Origin: a virus
Lineage: Duplodnaviria > Caudoviricetes
Direction: 5' to 3' (one strand)
DNA length: 36,291 bases
Virus record (IMG/VR): IMGVR_UViG_3300009602_000036
Location: 1 to 36,291 of that record
Below, one piece after another: positions 6,777-14,863 of the stretch (its first letter is position 1; each line of letters begins with the position of its first letter). Both the position numbers and the translations under genes were made by a program. Below the pieces are notes generated by a model. It ran no database searches. It was given only the letters and a program-made list of their open reading frames with translations, and had not been told where the DNA came from.

Positions 6777-7652
6777 TCATTCGGGCGGCGGAAGAAGAGA
6801 TCCGTCGATCATGTCCTGGTAAGAAACGCCCTCGTTGATCGCCCACCGCACCGGGAATACCGCATGGTATCCCCTGCGGATCTGGTGCTGGAAGAAGCGG
6901 AGGGCGAAAGTTTTGATGTTCGGCAGCGCCGAGACGTAGTAGCGGCGGTTGTTCTGATCGGTGAATCCCACGTCCACGCGCCTTTTGCTGCCGAGCTCCG
7001 CGTTCGGAGCAACCCACTTGAAGAACCCGACGCTCGTGACCAGGATGTTCAGCTTCTCCCAGGCCGACTCCTGCCCCGGCTGCGGAGGAGCCTCGCCGCC
7101 GACCTTACCGCTCATGCCGGCGAGCCTCTCGAATGCGTTGACCTGGTGCAGCTCCACACTGTCTTTGTCCTTGCCCGATAGGGCGTCGAAGAACAGCGCG
7201 TCGCAGAACGGCGTGAACACGCGAGTGTTCATCCAGAAGTAGCGTAACCACTTATCGGGATCGTTTTGCCGGTATTCCGAGAACTTGGGCGTACCGAACC
7301 CGCCGGCGTAGATATTCACGATCGCCCCGGTTTTCTTGACGTACTTGGTCATTTCCTTTTCAAAATTGTCCGTCAACCAGGAGAACGAATTATGCTCCTG
7401 GCAGGCGGTGTACCCGTCGAGATCCATATCCGCCAGGACGAGCTGGCCGTTTGGCAGCGTGCTCTTGATCCTGTGGCCGAACGGGTTGTGCAGGTGCGGA
7501 GCGAACGGAACGCCGCCATCGTGGAACCATTTCTCGTGATCCGGCCAGACGTGCTCCTTGAGGTGGACCCAGTGCGAATTAGGGCGCATCGCCCTGTCGG
7601 TGCTGCCCATCTGCTTCGCGCCAGCCCTGGTGTTGTACATCGCGTGGATCAT
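6777..7652 (-). CDS. Hypothetical protein (~291 aa), possibly an alpha/beta enzyme
   Basis: Long ORF with phage-like codon use; ATG 7652 overlaps the upstream TGA (ATGA) with CAGGAG RBS; aromatic-rich. Confidence 0.75.
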   Translation of the reverse strand: MIHAMYNTRAGAKQMGSTDRAMRPNSHWVHLKEHVWPDHEKWFHDGGVPFAPHLHNPFGHRIKSTLPNGQLVLADMDLDGYTACQEHNSFSWLTDNFEKEMTKYVKKTGAIVNIYAGGFGTPKFSEYRQNDPDKWLRYFWMNTRVFTPFCDALFFDALSGKDKDSVELHQVNAFERLAGMSGKVGGEAPPQPGQESAWEKLNILVTSVGFFKWVAPNAELGSKRRVDVGFTDQNNRRYYVSALPNIKTFALRFFQHQIRRGYHAVFPVRWAINEGVSYQDMIDGSLLPPPE

Positions 7653-8134
7653 CGCTCTTGCTCCTGTTCGTGACACTCCTCTAGCGTCATGCGGTGGATG
7701 AAGACGGGGGTCGCGTTGCCGACCCAGGCCCCCAAGGTGTTGAACTCGAAGTATTCCACGGCCTCCTCGTAATCATGGATTCCGCTTTCCTGGAGAGACT
7801 CTATGCACTTGCCGTAATCGTAGGCGGCGACCCGGAGGCCCCCGAATCTCACGCAGATGCCCAGGAAGGCGTCCTCGTACCCGTCCGCGAGCAGGATGTC
7901 GTCGTCTTCTACTATGGTGTCCCTCCGATCACGGTATTCCGCCTGACGACACGCTGAGGAGCAAAAGGAGTGGCCGTGACGAGAGGCGGTGTAAATGCAA
8001 CCGCAACGCTCGCATAGTTTTTTCTTCTTATCGAGATGGCGACGCTCGTTATGGGCGCGACTGCGGCATTCATCAGAGCAATACCGACTCCGTCCAGGCG
8101 GGAGATGGTTCTCGCAGATCGCACATTTTCGCAT
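7649..8134 (-). CDS. Double Zn-finger (CxxC..CS..CR) fused to a conserved phage domain
   Basis: CAIC..YCSDECR and CERC..FCSSACR, then LLADGYEDAFLG..AYDY.KC..EEAVEYFEFNTLGAWVG..TPVF, a motif I recall from stand-alone phage hypotheticals. Confidence 0.8.
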   Translation of the reverse strand: MRKCAICENHLPPGRSRYCSDECRSRAHNERRHLDKKKKLCERCGCIYTASRHGHSFCSSACRQAEYRDRRDTIVEDDDILLADGYEDAFLGICVRFGGLRVAAYDYGKCIESLQESGIHDYEEAVEYFEFNTLGAWVGNATPVFIHRMTLEECHEQEQER

Positions 8135-8175
8135 AATAACCTATTCGTCAGGCATGATGGGCCACTCCATGTCGG

Positions 8176-8430
8176 TCACTCCACGACCGGGGGCTCGGCG
8201 ATGACCGGCTTTTGCTTGACACAGCAGAACTCGGGGCCTGTAAAGAGGCGGCGGGGGGATTCGGGGTCGAATCCGATGCCGTCGGCCTTGCCGATCATCA
8301 GCGGGGCCAGCATACAGGTCTTCCAGGTGGGCGTGGTCCGTGCAAAATCGGTATCTTCCCAGTAAACGCAGTTGCGACAGGTGCGGGCAACGTGGTGCCG
8401 CTCGTGAAGTTCCTTCCCTTTTTCTGTCAT
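8176..8430 (-). CDS. Cys-rich hypothetical protein (CRNCVYW...C...CC)
   Basis: First gene of the leftward arm; CxxCxYW motif common in small phage proteins. Confidence 0.7.
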   Translation of the reverse strand: MTEKGKELHERHHVARTCRNCVYWEDTDFARTTPTWKTCMLAPLMIGKADGIGFDPESPRRLFTGPEFCCVKQKPVIAEPPVVE

Positions 8431-8465
8431 ACAGGGTATAATATGAGCGTGACTACGGCCGTCAA
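8431..8465. promoter_or_regulatory. Overlapping divergent promoters at the early/late junction
   Basis: Plus TATAAT 8437-8442; minus TTGACG(8465-8460)-N16-TATTAT(8443-8438), with 7 nt between it and ATG 8430. Confidence 0.55.
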
Positions 8466-10020
8466 CACGGATGTTGACCAGTCAAAGATCGAGGCCATCA
8501 GGCGGAACTACTGGAGGACCTCGCCCGCGATGCTTGCGCGGCATTTCGACCGCAACTATGTCATCACCAAACATATAGAGCTGATTTCCGACCTCCTGGT
8601 GGACGCTTCGATCAACAAGGGCGAGCGGATCATGGTGATGACCCCGCCTCGTCACGGCAAGTCCGAGCTGTGCAGCCGCTGGTTCCCGGCCTGGTACCTC
8701 TCGCAGTTTCCCGACCACCGCATCATCCTCTGCGCCTACGAGTCGGAGTTCGCCGCCTCCTGGGGCCGAAAGGTTCGCAATTTTCTGATGGAGCACGGCC
8801 CGGAGCTCTGCGTCAAACTGAGCCCCGATTCCCTGGCCGCCCACCGCTGGGAAACGACGGAGGGCGGCGGAATGGTCTCTGCCGGCGTCGGCGGCCCCAT
8901 CACGGGCAAGGGGGCCAACTGTTTCCTGGTCGACGACCCGATCAAATCTACTGCCGAAGCGGACTCGCCTACGATCCGCGACACAATTTGGGAATGGTGG
9001 CGAGGGACCGCATATAGCCGTCTTGAACCTGGCGCATCTGTCGTCCTGATTCAGACCCGCTGGCACGAGGACGACCTCGCCGGGCGTCTGATCGACGATA
9101 TGTCCCGCGGCGGCGACCAGTGGCGCCTGATAAACCTGCCCGCGGAGGCCGAGGAGGGCGACATCCTGGGCCGCAGCGTGGGCGAGCCCCTCTGGCCGGA
9201 GCGGTACAACAAGGAGGAGCTGGTCCGAAAGCGCCGGGCGATGGGCTCCCGGTCCTACACGGCCCTATATCAGCAGCGACCCGCCCCGCAGGGCGGCGGG
9301 CTCTTCAAGCGGGAGTGGTTCCGATACTACGAATCAGGGCGAGGGCAGGGGGTCGAGACGCCCTACTACGTCCTGCGGCACGCGAAGGATGAGATCCAGC
9401 CTCGGCGGGTACTCAAGGAGGATTGCTGGCGCTTCGCTACGGCGGACCTGGCGATGACCGAGAAGACGATGTCCGATTACACGGTGATTCAGGTCTGGGA
9501 TGTCGTTCGGGATACAAACGACATGATCCTCGTCGACCAGTGGCGGGCCCAGAAGGAGGCCCCCGACGTCGAAGACCAGCTGATGGAGACGATGCGGCGA
9601 TGGCAGACCCTGTTCATCGGGATCGAGTCGAAGCAGTCGGGAATCGTCGCCATCCAGCGGTTCAAGAAGGACGGACTGACCGTCAAGGAGCTGAAGGCCG
9701 ACCGCGACAAGATCGCCAGGGCCGTGCCCGCGGAGATCTGGATGGAGAACGGGAAGGTGTGGTTCCCCCTGGACGCGCCCTGGTTGAGCGACCTCGAGAA
9801 CGAGCTGCTGGTTTTCCCCAACGGTACGAACGACGACCAGGTCGATACGACCGCCTACGCCTGCGCTTTTGCCAATGCCCGCAACCTCTGGAGAAAGAAG
9901 CCCATGCCGAAGCTGCCGGCCAACTCGATCGGAAAATTATTGGGGATGGATAAGATATTTGGACCCAAGCCCAAAAAACCGCTATGGTACAAGGACCGAT
10001 CAGAACGATCGGTCGCATAA
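8443..10020 (+). CDS. terL: Terminase large subunit
   Basis: Walker A PPRHGKS, GVGGPITGKGA, Walker B FLVDDP, QTRWHEDDLAG, LYQQRP, nuclease ADLA..SDYT and DDQVD. Real start is ATG 8443 or GTG 8449; the 8212 extension overlaps an opposite-strand gene. Confidence 0.97.
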   Translation: MSVTTAVNTDVDQSKIEAIRRNYWRTSPAMLARHFDRNYVITKHIELISDLLVDASINKGERIMVMTPPRHGKSELCSRWFPAWYLSQFPDHRIILCAYESEFAASWGRKVRNFLMEHGPELCVKLSPDSLAAHRWETTEGGGMVSAGVGGPITGKGANCFLVDDPIKSTAEADSPTIRDTIWEWWRGTAYSRLEPGASVVLIQTRWHEDDLAGRLIDDMSRGGDQWRLINLPAEAEEGDILGRSVGEPLWPERYNKEELVRKRRAMGSRSYTALYQQRPAPQGGGLFKREWFRYYESGRGQGVETPYYVLRHAKDEIQPRRVLKEDCWRFATADLAMTEKTMSDYTVIQVWDVVRDTNDMILVDQWRAQKEAPDVEDQLMETMRRWQTLFIGIESKQSGIVAIQRFKKDGLTVKELKADRDKIARAVPAEIWMENGKVWFPLDAPWLSDLENELLVFPNGTNDDQVDTTAYACAFANARNLWRKKPMPKLPANSIGKLLGMDKIFGPKPKKPLWYKDRSERSVA

Positions 10021-10041
10021 TTTCCCGGAAAGGACTCCGAC

Positions 10042-10605
10042 ATGCCCCGTAAAGCCGGCCCAAATGCCACTACCCGAGCACCAGGAAGACCCCGAAAAGA
10101 ACCTGAGCCTGTAGAGGAAAAGACGGTCGCCGTCGCCGTCGCCGAACCGCAGGGGTCGGACGAGACCACGGCCGAGGAGGCGGAAAAGTGGGAACCGGAG
10201 CAGGAGCCGAAGTCCGGTGACCAGTGGTTTCCGGGCGACAAGATCCCGAGGGGAATGCAGGTCATCCGTCTCGACGACGGCACATCAGAGCTGGCCCTGA
10301 AGGCTCCGAGGAGAGCTGGGCTCCCCTTCGACGCCGACCTGACCGAGAAGACGCTCAAGCGGGTGGACGAGGCGTATCGGAGGACGAAACCGACCGAAGA
10401 GGTACCCGACAAGCCCGTACCGAGCCGCCTTCTGGTCAACGAGCACTTCTGGGAGATCATCAATTCCACGCGAACCTGGGGCGATGAGCAGATCCCGGTC
10501 GTGGTGACCAAGAACCGCGAGAAGCTGTCGGGAGATGGGCCGCAGTTCAAGTTCATCGTGGACGGGACAACCAAATCGGAAATTCCCTATGCCACTGAAG
10601 ACTGA
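10042..10605 (+). CDS. Hypothetical protein with an N-terminal GRPRK (AT-hook-like) motif
   Basis: GAAAGGA RBS; basic N-terminus then acidic linker; lies between terL and portal. Confidence 0.75.
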   Translation: MPRKAGPNATTRAPGRPRKEPEPVEEKTVAVAVAEPQGSDETTAEEAEKWEPEQEPKSGDQWFPGDKIPRGMQVIRLDDGTSELALKAPRRAGLPFDADLTEKTLKRVDEAYRRTKPTEEVPDKPVPSRLLVNEHFWEIINSTRTWGDEQIPVVVTKNREKLSGDGPQFKFIVDGTTKSEIPYATED

Positions 10606-12466
10606 CACCCAGTCCCTGCGGGATCAAGTTCGTCTCGGCATGGAGTTCGCCGGAAAATTTCTCGAGGAGGTCGACACGCTGTCGTCGCGGACGACCGGCC
10701 GGTACTACCGATCCGACCGCCAGCCCGACCGCCCTATCACCGAAAACCACTTTTACGAATACCTGGGGGTGATGAAACCCTCGGTCGCGTACGACAACCC
10801 GCGTGTCCGGATCCGTGCCGGTAACCCCCTCGTTGCGGACGATGCGGGGATTATGACGATGGGCGACATGGCCCTCGGCATCGAGCTGGGCCTCAACCGG
10901 TGGTCGATCGACACGGATCTCTGGTCCACGCTCGACGACCTGGCGACGGACTATTTCTACTGTTGGGCAGTCTCAATGGTGACGATCGCCGACCAGCCCG
11001 GGTTCCAGGGTGCCGAGCTGGTCCCGCAGCGGCCCTACATCGTCCGTATCCCGCCACACCACTTCGTGATCGACCCAGCGGCCCTGAGTAACAACCCCCT
11101 CCAGTCCAACGGCCCCCGCTTCATGGGGCATATGTGGAAGGCCGACCACGAGGATCTGCTGAAGGACGACGACTATGACTCGAAGATTGTGGCGAAGCTG
11201 GCCCTAGACCAGGACCTGGAGAAGTATCATCCCGAACGCAAACACGGAACTGAGATCCCCCCGCGCGGCGAAATCCTCGCCTGGGACGTGTGGGTCCCGG
11301 AGCATCAGACCAGCAAACGGCCGGAGTTCAACGGGACGATCTTCACGATCGCCGTCGGCAACACCCCGGACGGTATGACCAAGAAGGCGCAACAGATCCG
11401 CGAACCCAGACCCGCGTACTGCGGGCCGTGGGGTCCGTACATCATGCACGGGTATATGAAGGTGAAGGACTCGCCGTTCCCCCTGTCGCCAATGGTTGCC
11501 GTCGCCGAGCAGGCCGAAGAGGTCAACGCCCACACGACCGCAGCTGCTGAAGCGGCCCGGGCATACAAGCGATTCGGGTACGGCGAGGCCCAGAACGCCG
11601 CGGACGGAGACCGGATCAAGGCCGTCATCAATGGCGAGTTCGTGCTCCTGGACAGCGTCGAGGGGATCGGGCAGATGGAGCTGGGCGGCGCTTCGGATGC
11701 CCAGAATGCGTACAGCAACCTCTCCAGGGAGCGTCTCAACCGCGTAAGCGGGCTCTCCGACGCGCTGCGAGGCGAGGTCACAGGGGACGTGACGGCAACG
11801 GAATCGAGCATCGCCGACAGCGGCACGAAGATGCGCATCAGCGGAATCAAGGGTGGGTTCCGCAAGTTCGTCGCCCGATCCATGAGGGCCGCGGCCTGGT
11901 TCTTCTTCTACGGAGAGGACGTCGTCCAATCGCTGGGTGAGGAGGGCCTCGAGCACGGCCTCGTACAGTTCACCGGCGGCATTCAGCCCGGAATGGAGAA
12001 CTTCAACTTCTTCGATTTGTCCATGACGGTCGACCCCCTGAGCATCGAGCACACCGACCAGGCGATCCTCCAGAGGCGGATCCAGCTGGCCTACGAGTCG
12101 CTGGTGAACAACTCCGGCGCAATGGTCCAGGCCCCGTGGATCAACTGGCGGGAGCCGATCAGGGTCCTGTTCGAGAGCCTGAACATCGGCCAGGCCGATG
12201 ACTGGGTCGATTTCGACCGCCTCGCCCAGGAGCAGGAGCGGATTGAGCGGATGAAGCAGGTCGAGGAGGCGCAGCTCCCATACCAGAACATGGGTGGCGG
12301 AACAGCCGGCGGAACAGCCGGCGGAACAGCCGGCGGACGATTCATACCCGAAATCCGCCTTGGCGCGGACAGGGAAGGAATTCCGGGTAGTTTGACGGGC
12401 CGAGCCCAAGTCGCCCTTGCCGGTGAGATCGGAAACGAGGCCGGAGCTGGCAGCCGAGGATATTGA
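10589..12466 (+). CDS. Portal protein (P22/podovirus-like)
   Basis: About 625 aa after TerL; YDNPRVRI, RIPPHHFVIDP, SGLSDALRG..TATE motifs typical of P22-type portals. Confidence 0.85.
   Translation: MPLKTDTQSLRDQVRLGMEFAGKFLEEVDTLSSRTTGRYYRSDRQPDRPITENHFYEYLGVMKPSVAYDNPRVRIRAGNPLVADDAGIMTMGDMALGIELGLNRWSIDTDLWSTLDDLATDYFYCWAVSMVTIADQPGFQGAELVPQRPYIVRIPPHHFVIDPAALSNNPLQSNGPRFMGHMWKADHEDLLKDDDYDSKIVAKLALDQDLEKYHPERKHGTEIPPRGEILAWDVWVPEHQTSKRPEFNGTIFTIAVGNTPDGMTKKAQQIREPRPAYCGPWGPYIMHGYMKVKDSPFPLSPMVAVAEQAEEVNAHTTAAAEAARAYKRFGYGEAQNAADGDRIKAVINGEFVLLDSVEGIGQMELGGASDAQNAYSNLSRERLNRVSGLSDALRGEVTGDVTATESSIADSGTKMRISGIKGGFRKFVARSMRAAAWFFFYGEDVVQSLGEEGLEHGLVQFTGGIQPGMENFNFFDLSMTVDPLSIEHTDQAILQRRIQLAYESLVNNSGAMVQAPWINWREPIRVLFESLNIGQADDWVDFDRLAQEQERIERMKQVEEAQLPYQNMGGGTAGGTAGGTAGGRFIPEIRLGADREGIPGSLTGRAQVALAGEIGNEAGAGSRGY
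12296..12337 (+). repeat. 12-bp tandem repeat GGCGGAACAGCC x3.5 (GGTA) in the portal C-terminus
   Basis: Seen directly. Confidence 0.9.
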
Positions 12467-12467
12467 C

Positions 12468-12731
12468 ATGCGGGCAATACTCGCGATCCTGGCGTTGACG
12501 CTTATCTCAGGCGGTCCCGAGTGGCCCGAGCAGAAAAAGCCGTCAGCTCCAGTCAACATCAACATCAATACGGCGCAACCGGCTCCTCCACCTTCGGCCG
12601 CGGCCATACCAGCGACCCCTGAACCCACGGACTGGGTAGACGTCACATGGAAGTCGGCGGCAGGGGTCGCCGTGGCCGCGGTCGTTGTCGCCCTCGCGGG
12701 CAAGAACAAGAAGAAGAAAAAGAATGGGTGA
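12468..12731 (+). CDS. Small membrane protein: signal-like N-terminus, Pro-rich linker, C-terminal TM and poly-Lys tail
   Basis: MRAILAILALTLISGG...TPEPT...AAGVAVAAVVVALAGKNKKKKK; GAGG RBS. Confidence 0.7.
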   Translation: MRAILAILALTLISGGPEWPEQKKPSAPVNININTAQPAPPPSAAAIPATPEPTDWVDVTWKSAAGVAVAAVVVALAGKNKKKKKNG

Positions 12732-13068
12732 CAACGGCGAAAACCTGTTCTGGTGGGAGGAAAAGACCTGGTCCAGCTCCAAGGGGGCCAAGATCATCGA
12801 ACGGATCTCGGCAGGCCAGGTGCCGGATAACTTCCCCCGATTCGTCTCGGTTGCTTCGATAACGATGAAACCGCCGGGTATGGAGAAGCAGGTGGTCAAC
12901 GTCGTCTTTGATATCGAGGCCGAGCACATCGCCGAGGCGATGCGGAAATTCGATACCGTCGTCAAGGATCGGGAGGGCGAGCTGCGGCAGATGGCCGTCG
13001 AGGCGCTCCAGAAGAAGCTCAACGAGACCCACCGCCAGATCCTCGTTCCCCGCACAGGACAGAAATGA
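12724..13068 (+). CDS. Hypothetical protein (114 aa)
   Basis: ATG 12724 overlaps the upstream gene end; protein-like composition. Confidence 0.75.
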   Translation: MGDNGENLFWWEEKTWSSSKGAKIIERISAGQVPDNFPRFVSVASITMKPPGMEKQVVNVVFDIEAEHIAEAMRKFDTVVKDREGELRQMAVEALQKKLNETHRQILVPRTGQK

Positions 13069-13271
13069 TGCCCGTCATCAAGCTCAAAAACGAGCAATCG
13101 GTGTCCATGAAAGACGGCCCGACCGTCACCCTGATGCGGGCCGAACGGGGGCAGGCGACTGTGTTCGTCCAGAGCGATTCGGACATCGACCTCGTCGACC
13201 CGAAGCATGGAATTACGAAGACTTGGCGCTTCCGCCCCCTTGACGCGGGGGGGGAACAGGTCGTAGACTGA
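13065..13271 (+). CDS. Divergent CsrA/RsmA-fold-like small protein
   Basis: Ungapped by-eye alignment to CsrA beta strands (MPVIKLKNEQSVSMKDGPTVTLMRAERGQATVFV vs [34 protein letters not shown]). Confidence 0.45.
   Translation: MMPVIKLKNEQSVSMKDGPTVTLMRAERGQATVFVQSDSDIDLVDPKHGITKTWRFRPLDAGGEQVVD
13240..13269 (+). promoter_or_regulatory. Possible promoter for scaffold/capsid genes, with G8 in the spacer
   Basis: TTGACG(13240-13245)-N18-TAGACT(13264-13269); G run at 13247-13254. Confidence 0.4.
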
Positions 13272-13342
13272 TAGCAGACAAGGCGTTCGCCACCGCAGGC
13301 GACCATTTCGGACCCCGCCGACACGCACTAGGACGTGCCGGC

Positions 13343-13666
13343 ATGATTTACGAGTTCCAATCTGACGACGGCGAGATCCTTGAGCGGGTCTTTCCCATGC
13401 GACGGGCCCCCCAGCTCGGGCTGGAGATCCTCCACAACGGTAAGGTCTTCACCCGCCGCATCTCCGCGCCGCAGAACGGGACCGCGTACGACTCTGAGAA
13501 ATATCCGAAGGTGAGCAGCTCGCTCCCCGTCGGGTGCGCCGGTGCAGAGCACGTCACCGGGGGAAGACACGACGGCAAACCGATTATCACGAGCAGGCGA
13601 CACGAGGACGAACTGTGCGCCCGCCACGGATTCACGCGCGAGTACGACGCTCGCGACCTGGAGTAG
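13343..13666 (+). CDS. FmdB-like small protein of the head module
   Basis: MIYEF...E...M...RRISAP and G.PIITSRRH..E.C..HG pattern seen in genes between portal and scaffold; the CxxC pairs are absent. Confidence 0.6.
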   Translation: MIYEFQSDDGEILERVFPMRRAPQLGLEILHNGKVFTRRISAPQNGTAYDSEKYPKVSSSLPVGCAGAEHVTGGRHDGKPIITSRRHEDELCARHGFTREYDARDLE

Positions 13667-13672
13667 CAACGA

Positions 13673-14830
13673 ATGGCAGAAGCTACGGCAGTCGCCGAGC
13701 CCGAAGCCGAAGCAGCGGAAGCTGGTGCGGGTACTGCGACCGACGCCAACCCCGGAGTATCTGACGAAGACGTGAAGGATTTCGCGTTCTTCGAGCAGCT
13801 GCGAAGGGAAGCGCCGGACGACAGTGCCATCACGCCGGCCGAACCCGCCGCCGAAGCGGAAAGCGAAGGCGAAGACGCGCCCGAAGACGCCGGCAAAAAG
13901 CAACCCGAGGCCGAGGCCAAGGAAGAAGCTCCGAATAAGGAAGAGGAGCAGAAACCCGAGGCCAAGGCCGAGGAGCAGAAGCCGGCAGAACCCGAGGGTT
14001 TTGACGATGCGTTGGCCGCATTGCTGCGTGACCAGATTCCGAGGTCACGCCTGGAAGAGTGGTTCGAGTCGGACCCGGAAGCGTTCGTCGCACACGGACT
14101 GAAGCGAAAGTCCGTCCAAGCGAATCAGGACCGGTTCGGACAGGAGTCCAACAAGAACCGCGACGATCTGGAGAAGATGAAAGCATCGCAGCAGGAAGCG
14201 GAGCCCGAGGCAGCTTACGAACAGGCCCCGGCGCAACCTGCGGCAGAGCCGCAGATGCAGGACCCCATCGGAGTCGACGTTGTTACGGCGATCGACGAGG
14301 CCCTGGCGCCGCTCATCAACGAGGACAACGCCGAGCTGTTTTTCGACGTCAAGGACCCGATCAAGCAGGCGATCGTGACGTTGGGGCAAAGCGTGTCCGC
14401 TCGCCTCACAGGCCAGTTTCAGCAGGAGAATCAAGCGCTGCGGAACCAGGTAGATGACATGGGTTATGCCATCGTCAACTTCCAGATTCAGACGGCGCGC
14501 GACAAACTTGTTGCATCTGGGCAGTACCCCAAGGCCGAGGACGACGAGTGGTTCGAGAACGAGGCCATGTCTCGTTACGACACCATCTCCGAATCCAAAA
14601 ACCGACCCGCCACCGTTCACGATGCCGTCGAAGAGGCGATCAAGTGGGCGTCGGCGGGCTTAACTGTGGACGATTTGAAAACCTCGATGCTCTCGCGAAG
14701 TAGAGGGCGCAAGAACGGCCAACCGCGTGCGCAAACGGCAACTAGACTCAGCGAACCCATCACCGACGATGCGAAGGAAGAGCTGGAGTTTATGAAGCTG
14801 CGACGCAAGCACGGAATGGTCGAGAATTAG
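13673..14830 (+). CDS. Capsid scaffolding protein (putative)
   Basis: Very acidic, low-complexity N-terminus with coiled-coil segments, directly upstream of the MCP. Confidence 0.75.
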   Translation: MAEATAVAEPEAEAAEAGAGTATDANPGVSDEDVKDFAFFEQLRREAPDDSAITPAEPAAEAESEGEDAPEDAGKKQPEAEAKEEAPNKEEEQKPEAKAEEQKPAEPEGFDDALAALLRDQIPRSRLEEWFESDPEAFVAHGLKRKSVQANQDRFGQESNKNRDDLEKMKASQQEAEPEAAYEQAPAQPAAEPQMQDPIGVDVVTAIDEALAPLINEDNAELFFDVKDPIKQAIVTLGQSVSARLTGQFQQENQALRNQVDDMGYAIVNFQIQTARDKLVASGQYPKAEDDEWFENEAMSRYDTISESKNRPATVHDAVEEAIKWASAGLTVDDLKTSMLSRSRGRKNGQPRAQTATRLSEPITDDAKEELEFMKLRRKHGMVEN

Positions 14831-14863
14831 CCCCGTTCGCGGGAGACTGGAGACTTTTGACAA

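Noticed and set aside
8212-8442. N-terminal extension of TerL given in the ORF track
   Set aside because: Overlaps the opposite-strand gene 8176-8430; terminase-like sequence begins after 8443.
11204-12709. 501-aa minus-strand ORF (and similar long antisense ORFs at 19620-20954, 18654-19604, 25046-25930, 30265-31347)
   Set aside because: They lie opposite well-supported structural genes and reflect codon bias.
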